Source: Acanthaster planci (lineage: Eukaryota). From it: a stretch of DNA of 64,000 nt. The position numbers and the translations under genes are program-made. Positions 1 to 12,399 of the stretch are shown piece by piece (position 1 is the stretch's first letter; every line of letters begins with the position of its first letter). The notes beneath the pieces are model-generated. The model searched no databases, was not told where the DNA came from, and saw only the letters and a list, made by a program, of their open reading frames with translations. The stretch covers positions 2,300,919 to 2,364,918 of the forward strand of contig NW_019091361.1 of assembly GCF_001949145.1 (NCBI RefSeq). Direction: 5' to 3'.

Positions 1-1648
1 CCTTCAAAGTTGTTATTTACTTTTCAGTTCCACCCCCCTTCGTTGTCATTAAAACTTAAACCTTATTTATATTGGTCAGTGATGGCAAGCCATTCTGAAG
101 GAAATCGATGAATATCTCAAACGTACTGCATACTGTGTATATATTGAATGGCATTAATTTTAATCTTGATTTTGAACATTGCAACTATATCTCGTACAAC
201 ACAGCAGAAACATCAACACCATCATAGGTATAGTGGTGCTGCAGTGATAATCACCTAAAATTAATGTATAAGCCTTAACTAGAAAATAAAAAGATATAAT
301 TGCAAATTCCAGCGTTAATTGTTAAACGTGCATTAAAGATGATTGACTGTGTTTCACGGTTAATTGCAAATGCTGTTTCTATTTGTCAATTTATGTTTCC
401 CCACTAACCTCAAACGTCTAGTCTCTATAGAATGTCCCGACTCTTATAAAGTTGTATTTATTTCCCCCTTGTGTACTGTTAGCAAGGAGTTCATATATAG
501 CTGCACGAAACATGACCTTTCTCAATGATCATCGTATGATGTGCCAAAAATAGTGGACTCTTTGTGAAGATATAAAACGTTCTTCAAGCTAGGTTCATCA
601 CGATGAACGTACAGCGAAGTATTTTTGGTAGGTCACTATTTGTTTTTCCTTTCACGAACTCGGCAGTGCAAATTGACGCAGTAAAGCACTTAAGCACATG
701 ATCAAAGAATAAGAGAAAAGGATAAGATAATTAAACACAACTGTGAGATACATTGACATGGGCATAAATTCTGGGTTTATGGATACGGCGCATGCTTTAT
801 CAGTACAATCCTTGCCAAGTGACTAGCCGCGGATGAGACCTTGTAGTTATTTAGTCCCCTCCATTTTTAAATATGGTTACATGCATAACCACGACTGGGA
901 TAAAACAAAAAAAAATAGGCTCTCACTTGTTCAACCGAGCATTATCAGATTCGGGCTGCCTGCAATCTGAATATGTCGTTTAGGGCTTGGTCAGTTTCTT
1001 CTCCCGTCGAAAATACACAGGGCACACTGAAAACAGCCGCCGCAGCTCTGTATGGAAGCCTGACGGTTTCGGGCATGGCTTGAGAATCGGTTCACGGTAT
1101 CTTCTCCGTCGGATCACGCTCTGCTTTCGTACCATGGTTCTACGCACTCTCAAATCTTGATAAAGAAAAATGCCCCTGGTTTTACGAATTGTCCAGAAAA
1201 TCCCCTGTCAAAAAGTGGAGTAAAGTATTACAGATAAATCTTGATCATGAAGAAAAGTAGTTGCACTACCGTGAAACGTTAGTGAGGTTTGATAAAGTTT
1301 TCATTCAATTTACTCTTGATCATGGCTGAATTGGAAAGTTCAAGGTTACCTTATAATAGGCGTTAGTTATGTTTCCCAACACAAACAGAGGAGAGATGTC
1401 CAAATGGCTCAACCTGTCAAAAACCTGGTTTTTCTGGTCTATGCCTATAGTTTATGCATGTACATGACCCCAGCTGAGCTCCCGCCCGGTATTTACGTCC
1501 CCTTGTAGGCCCCCTATACGATGAAATGTATTGCCTGGGAAGCATCTACCTCCATGGTATACGTTACAACTTCATACTATACATGTACAGTACATGAAGG
1601 ATACATGTACATGTACTTAAAGTTCTCGGTTACAAGCTTCGACCGAAG

Positions 1649-2477
1649 GTAAGTCGAAACAAATACATGTACAGGACTGCAAACATTTTAGTACGATGTG
1701 CTTGAGGAAAATAAATTGTCACCAGCCTTAAATATCCACAGTATCCTTCGCCCTTCCCGCCTTGTTGAAGAGAACAGCAGTTAAACGCACATTTCCGCGC
1801 TTGCACGTGGTATGCATTGAGATCGGGTGGTTGACCTTCGATCTAGTTTGAGTCATCATGTTGATTCAGATTACCGTACCACGGCCTCGGTGACCGAAGA
1901 ACGCTGAGTTACACCGCAGCCCGGTAGTTCTACACGCCGTGCATAATTACATGTCTTCATAGCTTGCACCTCCTGACCCACTGGAGGTGAAGGTTCGTTA
2001 CGGCGAAATATACGTTTCACACAGCGCAATATAGCACTGGACAGGGCTGTGTAGGACATTGGCACACGTTCATGTACATGAGCAGTACATGTATAGAGAG
2101 ATTGTGTAGAGAGAGTTGCGGCGTAAGTGCCACCATTGTTTGGAACAAACTGGTAGGTGTAGTGGCCAATGCACACGGACAGTTGGTGTACCGTACTCAC
2201 ACGCTCTTCTGTACACTACGAACAGCCATTTTGTTTCCAAAACGTGAAACTGGCGCGCTCAATCAATTTTGTTCGCTGCAAATAAATGAGTGTTTACTAG
2301 ACATATGCAACAGCCCGCAACGATATGCACTGGGCAGCCAACGAAAGATACATGTATGTCTGACAATATTTTTAAGTGGCCAAAGGAGCTTTAACCTAAG
2401 CCTATTGAACTGACTTCTGATGCTAAGCAGCAAGCGTAGGTTTTGTGTTTCATAAGCACGACATTTTTTGCTTGTAG
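1649..2477 (+). other. Putative 5'UTR intron of GH31 paralog 1
   Basis: Consensus donor AAG|GTAAGT at 1649 and acceptor ttttttgcttgtag ending at 2477, just before the ATG. Paralog 2 has a matching GG|GTAAGT at 6800 and shares the intronic motif CACGTGGTATGCA (~1804 and ~7308). Confidence 0.55.
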
Positions 2478-2478
2478 A

Positions 2479-4499
2479 ATGAGGAGTTTACAAGCACCCA
2501 CAATCCGGATTGAGGCTGTGCTGTTACTGTGTGTGATAGCTGCTGGTACCATCTACGCTGAAATTAGACTCAACGTGGATAAGGGACACTCAAGCTCTAC
2601 TGGCGACTTTTCCTCGCTCAACAAGCGCATTCCGGTTGATGTAGATTTTGCCACCGGGAAGATCTCCATCCAAAATGTCAGAGAAGACACAGTCTTGACT
2701 GGAGCCCTAGCTTCCAGCTCTCCTGGTAGTGTGAAAGGTCAGGAATGCTTCGGGAGAGGGAACACAATCTGCTATCATTGGAAAGGAATTGCAGAAGTTC
2801 GAATAGATTTGGTTGTCACCAGTCAAGAAAACGACTCGCCATTTTCATGTGTGCATGTAGGATGGGAGTCGTTTGTTGCAGACATCCCCCTACGAGACTG
2901 CTATTCTCTGGAAGGGGCTCACTGGTATGGAGCAGCCGAGAAGTATGAACAGGTATGGCCCATAGAAAAAGCCAGTGAATCAACCGCAATGTTTGCATCC
3001 ACAGACATTTACGAAAATCTGAAAGGCTACGGATCAGTTCTGGACAGGTACTGGTTGTCATCCCGAGGGGTTGCTATTCGAGTGAGCCACGATGCTCCTT
3101 TGCATGTCAGTCTGAATGAAAACAGCGACGGTATGTTGTGTTTCCAGAGCACGTATGACAATTCCTACTATCCTAACGAAGAGAACAACTTGCAACTATT
3201 GGATTATACGATCTGTACACATGACAACGTGCGCCTCGTTCACGACGCGATTTGGCGCGAAATGGGACCAGATGGCGGAAAACCAGCAGGCTTACCAGAC
3301 GAAAGAATGTTCAGATCTCCTATTTGGTCATCGTGGGCGAAGTACAAAATCTTCATAAATGACACCGTCATAAACGCTTATGCAGATGAGATCTTAAGCA
3401 ATGGGTTTGGCAACAGCCAACTTGAAATTGACGATGGATTTTCTATGAAGCATGGACAACTGGATTTTGATCCTGAGAAGTTTCCCGACATGAAGGACAC
3501 CGTACAGAAACTTCATGACAAGGGGTTCCGCGTAACTCTCTGGGTGACCCCGTTTGCTAATACTGACACCGACGCGTATCAGGAAGGTAAAGAGAAAGGT
3601 TACTGGGTAACAAAAAGGGGGCAGGATGAGGGCGTGGTCAAGTGGTGGAATGGCTTGGCCGGGATGCTCGATGTCACCAACCCAGAAGCCGTGGAATGGT
3701 TCGTTGGCAGACTAGAAAAACTTCAACAGGAAACCGGGATCGATTCCTACAAGTTTGATGCTGGTGAAATCAACTACCTTGTCGAGGACTTTGAAACATA
3801 CATACCACTGGTGAACCCTTGCGAGTATACAACTCNNNNNNNNNNNNNNNNNNNNNNNNNNNNNNNNNNNNNNNNNNNNNNNNNNNNNNNNNNNNNNNNN
3901 NNNNNNNNNNNNNNNNNNNNNNNNNNNNNNNNNNNNNNNNNNNNNNNNNNNNNNNNNNNNNNNNNNNNNNNNNNNNNNNNNNNNNNNNNNNNNNNNNNNN
4001 NNNNNNNNNNNNNNNNNNNNNNNNNNNNNNNNNNNNNNNNNNNNNNNNNNNNNNNNNNNNNNNNNNNNNNNNNNNNNNNNNNNNNNNNNNNNNNNNNNNN
4101 NNNNNNNNNNNNNNNNNNNNNNNNNNNNNNNNNNNNNNNNNNNNNNNNNNNNNNNNNNNNNNNNNNNNNNNNNNNNNNNNNNNNNNNNNNNNNNNNNNNN
4201 NNNNNNNNNNNNNNNNNNNNNNNNNNNNNNNNNNNNNNNNNNNNNNNNNNNNNNNNNNNNNNNNNNNNNNNNNNNNNNNNNNNNNNNNNNNNNNNNNNNN
4301 NNNNNNNNNNNNNNNNNNNNNNNNNNNNNNNNNNNNNNNNNNNNNNNNNNTGTATTCCAGGGATGTGTACCTCCCTCCAGCCGATGGATTATGGAGGCGC
4401 ATGCCACACGGAGACAGTTTCAAAGGCGGACATTGGCTTTATAATGTGTCTGTTCCTCTTGATGAAGTACTCTACTTTACTCTAGACAATGCTAGTTAG
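2479..4499 (+). CDS. MYORG: GH31 glycosidase, MYORG/KIAA1161-like, paralog 1 (N-gap 3836-4350; no intron seen in the visible coding sequence)
   Basis: Motifs HWYGAAE, YWLSSRGVAI, PIWSSWA, LEIDDG, GFRVTLWVTPF, KWWNG, KFDAGE (catalytic nucleophile motif of MYORG-type GH31), and RDVYLP after the gap. ATG at 2479 follows the acceptor ttttttgcttgtag. Hydrophobic N-terminus (AVLLLCVIAAGTIYA). The C-terminus YSRDVYLPP...FTLDNAS* ends at TAG 4499 in a different frame, attributable to an estimated gap length. Confidence 0.9.
3836..4350. other. N-gap (515 N)
   Basis: N run inside GH31 paralog 1. Confidence 0.99.
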
Positions 4500-5830
4500 C
4501 CAAACTTGTTCCGTATAAACTATAATGCTATTAAATGCTATTAAATGTTAAACTCAGTTTCAATTGGGATGAGACTGAGAAAAACAATGATCGTAAAATA
4601 GCCCCTGACTGGCTGGACGGCCATGTGAGCTTAAATTAAAAATGACATTAACCATGAATTATATTTAATGCACTGAAGACGGTAATAAAATGGTTCATTC
4701 CAGCCTCTGTCTCTTCATCGCTTTGTATACCCCAAAAATGTCATTGGCGGGGGCGAAGAGTCGGCTACGCGAGGTAGGGGTTCGACGAGTTCCTTGGGAT
4801 ACTCGAGTCAGAGGGCATTAGGCAAAGTCTCAAGTACTCAAGTCCTAAAATCGCTGGAGGGTTCCCCCCATGCGCCCAAAGGAGCAATTTTTAGGGGGGG
4901 GGAGTGGTCGAGGAAAGGGCATATTTATCGCACTTCCTTTCCTTCAAAAACCGATTGAAAAGCATTTAAATGTAGCCTCACCGCTCAGAAAGGCCATGAT
5001 AAGTTACATGAAAAACATTCAAATTTTTCTGCCCCTCCAAAATAAGCCCCCCCCCATTAAATGCTCCGAATCTGCACTTGCCCTGAAGGCTTCATCAATC
5101 ATTATAACTGTAAAATGTTGTTTGATTTAGTTGTCAATAAATGTTTTTTTTCCCGCTCCTTCTTTTTCCATATGTTTGTAAAGGAATATTTTCCAGTCAT
5201 CAGTAACATATACTAACATTCAGTCAGATGTTTCATGCGTAGCCTTCCCGGGAATCAGGTCTTATCAGTCGTTGAACAGTTCTTGGTTCGTTTTTCCCGA
5301 ACATGCGAGTCGTTGTTGCTAGGGCGATTAAGACAGTACGTTGATGCATTAAATTTTGACTCGGGGTTCTTTCCGCCACTACCATTGTGTCGCGTGCCAT
5401 CTGCATAATTATCTCCATTTCTCTCGTATAGGCCCTAATTGCACACGCTGGTGTCGCGGTACCCGTGCCGTTGCATTGTGTTCTTGCGTATACCTTTTAT
5501 CGGCCAAATTTTGTATACTCCCATAAAACGCCGTCCCTTCAGTCACGTGTCACGTCTCTCATCGGGTTGTGTTTTGCGTCACACCTCCGTGCGTTGGACC
5601 CATGGGTCCATAGTCGCACCGCATCACGCCTCTCGCGTCATGCACCACGCAAAAGCAAGCATGGACACTCTTGCAGTTACGCCCTTTAAAGAGGTCGCCT
5701 TATAGGCTATACTGGTTCCCAGACCAAAAGATTCCAGCTGCATATTGGCCAAAACCTTAAGTCCAGTAGCTGCAACAGCCACGTGACAAAACGGGAGGAA
5801 TGCTTCTCTTTTGCGAAATATTCCGAAATC

Positions 5831-5998
5831 CGGGCGATTCACAATAGTGCGCCTCCAAGAGTTTGCGGCGTGTTGGCCAATCACAACGCGTAAAATCTGT
5901 CGACCCTTTTCAAACGCGTATTGGGTCGACATATTTCGCGCATAGTAATTTGCCAACGCGTGGCAAAACTCTTGGAGGCGCACTATTGTAAACGCCCG
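5831..5998. mobile_element. Palindromic MITE-like element between the GH31 paralogs
   Basis: Perfect 24-bp inverted repeat ACAATAGTGCGCCTCCAAGAGTTT / AAACTCTTGGAGGCGCACTATTGT, with outer CGGGCG/CGCCCG and inner GTCGACCC/GGGTCGAC pairs. Confidence 0.75.
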
Positions 5999-7796
5999 TA
6001 TTACCCGCAATTTTCCAAACCTACGTGTACGTTTGGGTATTTCTGATATTGTCATCCACGTTTGGAAATATTTGAAATGTATTAACCACCTTTCTTTACG
6101 AGTCTCCCGACATGCTACACGATTCTGACAACTTTTCTCAATTTTTCAATATTTGTTTTTGAATAGGGTCACCTAGTGCCAGTTTTGTATACTTTCTGAT
6201 GATATTGGTTACTTTTAAAATAACCACATGCGCATCCTTCATCCTAGACATATGTCATACATACATCTTGCACTACCTCATATTCTAAATTTTTGTCAAT
6301 GCAATGATGGCTACCGTGCAGGGCCATGTGTACGTCCGTGCCGTGCAGACCTACGCATTATACACGTCAAGGGAATAGTAAGGCTCGGGAATTAGAGGGC
6401 CTTTGTGGGTACGAAATTGATAAAACCTTGCACACTCCTCCAGCAGATAACATTATGTATACAGTTGTATGTGGTTTTGGCGTTGTACAGGCAGTACGGA
6501 CAATTTGCCGATGTTGGGTCTAATAGCTTCAGATCGGTTTCACGAAGTGTGCTTAGTTTTCACTGAAATTTGTACATGTATTAGAGAAAGGGTAGATCCT
6601 TTGGTTGAGAGATCAAACTCTGTTCTGGTGACCAATCTGTTACTGATAGAAGAATGTGATTTTCTTTTAAAATGACAACTGAGACTAATGTACCGCGTAA
6701 AGCGACTTGGTCGTCTGTTGAGGCGCTACTAGCTACCAACTTCACTGAAAGGCCATATTATTTTGGTCCAATAGCGGTCCACGAGAGGCAAACTAACGGG
6801 TAAGTTTATTGCCACTCGTCAACCATCTGCGACCCACAGTGGCAACTCGGCGGATGCCGTCGAGCCCCCCCCCATCGGTCAGTGGCAGGGGCCCTGCGCT
6901 GTTGGTGGGTATATTTATCATACATGCACATGTACCCATAGGATGGATGATCAGCAAGCGTAGTGCTGCAGCTGGCTTATCAATAAGAGGTGCAAAGTTC
7001 AAAAATAAAAACAGACAACTGCAGAACAATTTAGAACACCATTATGAAGGTACAGATCGTTTTTCCTAAACCAAACCCAATGGGACTATACCACTCCACA
7101 CAACTTCTTTCCAGGCCACGTCGCCAAAAAGCAAACACGGGGGCAATTTGTACCACGTATACAGTACTATTAAACGTCTGTACAGTGCACGTACGTACTG
7201 TCGTATTCTTAGTTTCGTTAAATATTTCGAAGCATTTCAGTTTCACGAGTCTGACTTCATTTTGTACTGCGGGGCATATGTACATGTATTTTTACAATCG
7301 ACTGTTCCACGTGGTATGCAGGCCTATGTTGCGGTCTAGTCTGGTTCCTGACCAAAAGCTGCTGTGGCAAAAGCATAAGCACCTGACGTCAGGAGATTTT
7401 CAAACCAGTACTGTAGAGAAGCCGATACACGTACTGCCTCTCTACTGCGCTTTGCTATCAGGTGATCAATCAGTCAATAAATAGTTGAGTGGTTCCGTGG
7501 ATAGTTGCATTGACTCCGCCAGTATCATACCTAAAGGTTTATTATAATTTCAAAGATTGGTGAATGCCATTGTGAATGTTACTGTAGATCTGTCCTTGAA
7601 AACCGGAGATACTGTAGCTATACAGTCCTGCGTATAGCATAACATGGTAACTAATGCTACGCAATATTCGGGAAAATATTCATTACATCTTCACTGAGAG
7701 GAAATCGCAGCAGCATCACTACCACAGGCAGGTGGACAAATGTCTCCGATGTGAAAAAGGTTCTCTGCACCATTTAAATGCAGTTTCTCTTCCCAA

Positions 7797-9815
7797 ATGA
7801 CAAGTACAATGAAACTCGTTACTCGGATTGTGGTTGCGCTGTTACTCTGCGTGACAGCTGTTCGTGTTATCTCCAGTATTTTCTTCAACGTGAACCGGGC
7901 TTACTCTGTCAGTCCTTCGACCGGCATAGAAACTGTGGTCAGTGTTGGGACTACGACCAGGCAAATATCAATTAAAAACCTCAGAGGGAATACAGTGTTG
8001 AGGGGCATTCTAGGTGCTAGCCCCAATCCCAGTGTAAAAGGTCAGGAATGCTCTGGGCGGAAAGAAGGCACCATGTGCTATCATTGGAAAGGAATAGCTG
8101 AAGTCAAATTTAAATCAGTCGTCACAAGTGAGGCCAAAAGCATTCCGTTTTCATGTGTGGATGTTGAGTGGAAGTCGTTTGTTGCAGACATTCCCCTACG
8201 AGACTGCTATTCTCTGGAAGGGGCTCACTGGTATGGAGCAGCCGAGAAGTATGAACAGGTATGGCCCATAGATAAAGCCAGTGAATCAACTGCAATGTTC
8301 GCATCCACAGACATTTACGAAAATCTGAAAGGCTATGGATCAGTTCTGGACAGGTACTGGTTGTCATCTCGAGGGGTTGCTATTCGAGTAAGTTATGACA
8401 CTCCTTTGCATGTCAGTCTGAATGAAAATGGCGACGGCATGTTGTGCTTTCAGAGCAACTACGCAAACTCAAAGTACATTAATGTCCATCACAATTTGCA
8501 CCGGTTAGACTACACAGTCTGTTCACATGACAACGTGCGCCTCGTGCACGATGCGGTTTGGCGCGAAATGGGACCAAGTGGTGGGAAACCTGAAGGCTTA
8601 CCAGATGAAAGAATGATCAAGTCTCCTATCTGGTCAACGTGGGCGAGATACAAAGTCTTCATCAGTGACAGTGTGGTAAACGCATACGCAGATGAGATCG
8701 TATCAAATGGATTCTCTAACAGTCAAATAGAAATAGACGATGGGTACTCCTTAAAGTACGGAGAACTTGACTTTGATCCAAAAAAGTTTCCCAACATGAA
8801 AGACACTGTTCGGAAACTTCACGACAAGGGGTTTCGTGTGACTCTTTGGGTGACACCCTTTGCCAACAAGGATACCAGCGCGTACCAGGAAGGTAAAGAG
8901 AAAGGGTATTGGGTGACAGAAAAAGGGAAGGATGAAGGCGTGGTCAAGTGGTGGAATGGATTCGCCGGTATGCTTGACATCACCAACCCAGACGCTGTGG
9001 AGTGGTTCATAGCAAGGCTTGACAAACTTAAACAGGATACCGGGATTGATTCTTTCAAGTTTGATGCTGGAGAAACCAACTATCTTGCCAAGGATTTTAA
9101 GACCCATGTACCACTAGTGAACCCTTGCGGGTACACAACCCNNNNNNNNNNNNNNNNNNNNNNNNNNNNNNNNNNNNNNNNNNNNNNNNNNNNNNNNNNN
9201 NNNNNNNNNNNNNNNNNNNNNNNNNNNNNNNNNNNNNNNNNNNNNNNNNNNNNNNNNNNNNNNNNNNNNNNNNNNNNNNNNNNNNNNNNNNNNNNNNNNN
9301 NNNNNNNNNNNNNNNNNNNNNNNNNNNNNNNNNNNNNNNNNNNNNNNNNNNNNNNNNNNNNNNNNNNNNNNNNNNNNNNNNNNNNNNNNNNNNNNNNNNN
9401 NNNNNNNNNNNNNNNNNNNNNNNNNNNNNNNNNNNNNNNNNNNNNNNNNNNNNNNNNNNNNNNNNNNNNNNNNNNNNNNNNNNNNNNNNNNNNNNNNNNN
9501 NNNNNNNNNNNNNNNNNNNNNNNNNNNNNNNNNNNNNNNNNNNNNNNNNNNNNNNNNNNNNNNNNNNNNNNNNNNNNNNNNNNNNNNNNNNNNNNNNNNN
9601 NNNNNNNNNNNNNNNNNNNNNNNNNNNNNNNNNNNNNNNNNNNNNNNNNNNNNNNNNNNNCGTATTCCAGGGATGTCTACCTCCCTCCAGCCGATGGACT
9701 ATGGAGGCTCATGCCACAAGGGGAGAGTTTTGAAGGCGGGCACTGGCTTCGTAATGTGCCCGTTCCACTGGACGAGGTGCCCTACTTTACCCTAGACAAA
9801 GCTAAATTACAGTAG
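7797..9815 (+). CDS. MYORG: GH31 glycosidase, MYORG/KIAA1161-like, paralog 2 (N-gap 9142-9660)
   Basis: Same motifs as paralog 1 (PIWSTWA, IEIDDG, KFDAGE, RDVYLP) and in frame across the gap. Hydrophobic N-terminus IVVALLLCVTAV. The start may instead be the ATG at 7809. Confidence 0.9.
   Translation: MTSTMKLVTRIVVALLLCVTAVRVISSIFFNVNRAYSVSPSTGIETVVSVGTTTRQISIKNLRGNTVLRGILGASPNPSVKGQECSGRKEGTMCYHWKGIAEVKFKSVVTSEAKSIPFSCVDVEWKSFVADIPLRDCYSLEGAHWYGAAEKYEQVWPIDKASESTAMFASTDIYENLKGYGSVLDRYWLSSRGVAIRVSYDTPLHVSLNENGDGMLCFQSNYANSKYINVHHNLHRLDYTVCSHDNVRLVHDAVWREMGPSGGKPEGLPDERMIKSPIWSTWARYKVFISDSVVNAYADEIVSNGFSNSQIEIDDGYSLKYGELDFDPKKFPNMKDTVRKLHDKGFRVTLWVTPFANKDTSAYQEGKEKGYWVTEKGKDEGVVKWWNGFAGMLDITNPDAVEWFIARLDKLKQDTGIDSFKFDAGETNYLAKDFKTHVPLVNPCGYTTXXXXXXXXXXXXXXXXXXXXXXXXXXXXXXXXXXXXXXXXXXXXXXXXXXXXXXXXXXXXXXXXXXXXXXXXXXXXXXXXXXXXXXXXXXXXXXXXXXXXXXXXXXXXXXXXXXXXXXXXXXXXXXXXXXXXXXXXXXXXXXXXXXXXXXXXXXXXXXXXXXXXXXXXXXXXXXYSRDVYLPPADGLWRLMPQGESFEGGHWLRNVPVPLDEVPYFTLDKAKLQ
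9142..9660. other. N-gap (519 N)
   Basis: N run inside GH31 paralog 2. Confidence 0.99.
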
Positions 9816-11919
9816 CGCAAAAGAATGCCTTTATTTTATGTGAGCTGTCTATACAAATTACGTTGATATCACAGATGACTTGGGATTTCTTTCTTGATTT
9901 TTTAAATTTTCCCAATTTAGATGGACAAGTAGATCATAAAAGGACCGTCGACTCACCTCTGCGTATATAGCTCCTTGAGGCGTGCTGACAATCAGAGCTT
10001 TAATTATTGACCATTAGTTTTCATGCATTGTACTGTTGAACATGAGCATACAGTTTGAGAGGCGAGGGTGGCTTTGATTTCCCTTTGTCAAGTGCTTTAC
10101 CTCACTACCTTACCTTATTCTGCTTAACCAACGTAACTGAAATGAGCCACCAAAATACAAACTTCACGCAACGAAACCCAAAACTTCCCAAAATTTATCC
10201 ACAGTTCTTGAGGATGACGTTATGAGCGTAGATTTTTGGAAGATGAGGAACAAAGTTTTGAACATTTTGCATGTGGCTGTGTACATATTTCATATCCCCC
10301 TACACTCCAACCAAAATTCTGATGCAAGCAAAATCTTTCTCAGATATAATAAAAAATTCGGTCGTCTTGATCTTTTTACTAATTATGCTAATGTCGTGTT
10401 TTGATAAGTAACAAAGTCCCTTTACGGTTGTGGGTAACTCTTTTCCTTTTATTTCACGGTTTTCATTACAGGCGTATTCCTGAAATTACTAGCAGATTTG
10501 CAGCACATGTGTACGACAAAAGCCTGCTTGATTGCTCGAAATTGTGAATACGTTGAATGTGGCGCAGTTTTGATGTCCTGCTGGTCTCCTTACGAACAAA
10601 GCAACAAAAAAGTACAAAATAATTATAATCACTCGAAATCACCGACCAATAACATTTTGAAGAAATATCAGCCACTGTTTTAGTACAAACAAGCTGTTTT
10701 TTCGTTTTTATTAAGATGAAAACCAAGTATAAAGTAGAATGATGATAATGATGTGCAGACGTCCCTGTCACATTTGGTACATTAATATGGAAATATTCAT
10801 CAGCATAAAATCCAAAATGATGAAATTGCTCCCATTCGCTTCTAGACAGGAAGTGGAACGTCATCAAAGCACGCAAATAAAGCTGTGCCTCATGTATTCA
10901 AGTCATGGGGGAGAACACATTACATGGTTCCTTTAATGATGGACGTGTGATTTCTTTTGTTGACGCACATACTTCATTTTCAGAGTATTCATATATAAGT
11001 TCAGTAGTGCGGTAGAAACTAAACAGATTAAATTATTAACAGAGCTGATCGCCCGATAAGCTAGTTGCATCGGCGACATTACGTGCCAAGCACACATCAG
11101 CAGAGAAGCAGTCCCGAAGAATACAATGTCAAAAACGGTGGCTGGTTTACCAGAGCAGAACAAACATTTTCTATGCGGTATGCAAATTTCAGCTCAACAA
11201 AATCGGGCCCGTGTTTAAAGGGAGCAGCCGGGTGTATAGGATAAGGTTAATATGCCGTTTACAGTTAGGTGGTCGAAAGAATCATCTCTTTGGTTTTCCT
11301 ATGTAGCAGTCGAGTCTCTTTAATTTTGTTCTTTGATTTTGCTCTCGTATCTTTGTCTTCTTTTTAGCTGGTCAGGCCAGGCCTACTTCATCCCCAAGCA
11401 CCTTCCTTCTACATGCCTACTTGTATTTTGTGCTGCATTTACACATGCTACACATGCATGGACAAATCCTATGAGACGCCATTTTTGCGAGGCAATCGCA
11501 TTCACACCACGGATGTATATAAAAAACCTGGACTTGCAACGCCTTTGTATGAAAAAGAAGCCAACCAGCGGCCAATTTACCGAGCCGAATACAAAAGCGT
11601 GGGCGGCTTCCTTCTATTGACGTCAGGAAGAACAAAGGCGGGCATTGCCAGGAAAGCTTTGTATTCGGATCGGTAAATGGCCGTGAGTGGATTCAATGAC
11701 ACTATAAACTGATTAAGCGCAGTGCGAGTCCAGATTTTATTATACACGTCCGTGATTTACACACGCCACAACACACTCAGTTGGAGAAAATTGTAACGCT
11801 CGCGTACCACTTTGTGCGCACGGGATGGCCCGCAGTGATGGCTTCTTCGTCTTTTCTCCGGATTTGTCTACAAGTAAAATGATTGCGTGATTGAATTTTC
11901 GTTGAGCCTTACCATAAAT

Positions 11920-12095
11920 CAGTGGAGTAACTACGGGAGCTGCGTGGGGGCACATGCCCCTCCCCCAAATTCGGGGTGCCCCAGGTGAACCCCACTGAGA
12001 AAAAAACAAACATACGAATGAAAGGATATTGAACGAGGCTAACAAAATCTTGCCCCCAAACACCACACCACTGAAAGGTGGCGCCCCCGGTTGAG
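11920..12095. repeat. Probable DNA-transposon/MITE fragment
   Basis: Starts CAGTGGAGTAACTAC...GGGGGCACATGCCCC with repeated GCCCCC motifs, typical of non-autonomous element ends; no second terminus found. Confidence 0.4.
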
Positions 12096-12339
12096 TTGAG
12101 TGCCATGGGGATCTGAAAAAGGGTCAATTTGAAATTAGCAACGTCGATGTGCAATTTCAGGAGGGTACGCCCGTTTATGTACTAATGAGATCACAGGTGT
12201 ACACACATTTACGTGTAGAATCCTGCTGGTCCGAGTTAACTTGATAAGTCCCTCCAGCAAAGATTGTGTAATAGAATCGAACCTACTTGTAGAATGTTGG
12301 GATTTCATTCCACTTGGCTAGATGAAAATATACACAACA

Positions 12340-12399
12340 CCAAAACAAACAAGAAACAAGGCATTGCTTTTTGGTGTACGAGACAGTATTGTTTTTATT
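12340..12399 (-). terminator. Putative distal poly(A) signal of tropomyosin (3'UTR of ~2.5 kb)
   Basis: Minus-strand AATAAA at 12394-12399, followed ~35 nt downstream by a GU-rich element CTTGTTTCTTGTTTGTTTTG (12341-12360). Confidence 0.6.

Noticed and set aside
4351..4499. Frameshift or pseudogene status of GH31 paralog 1
   Set aside because: The frame change coincides with an N-gap of uncertain length; the post-gap sequence is intact and colinear with paralog 2.
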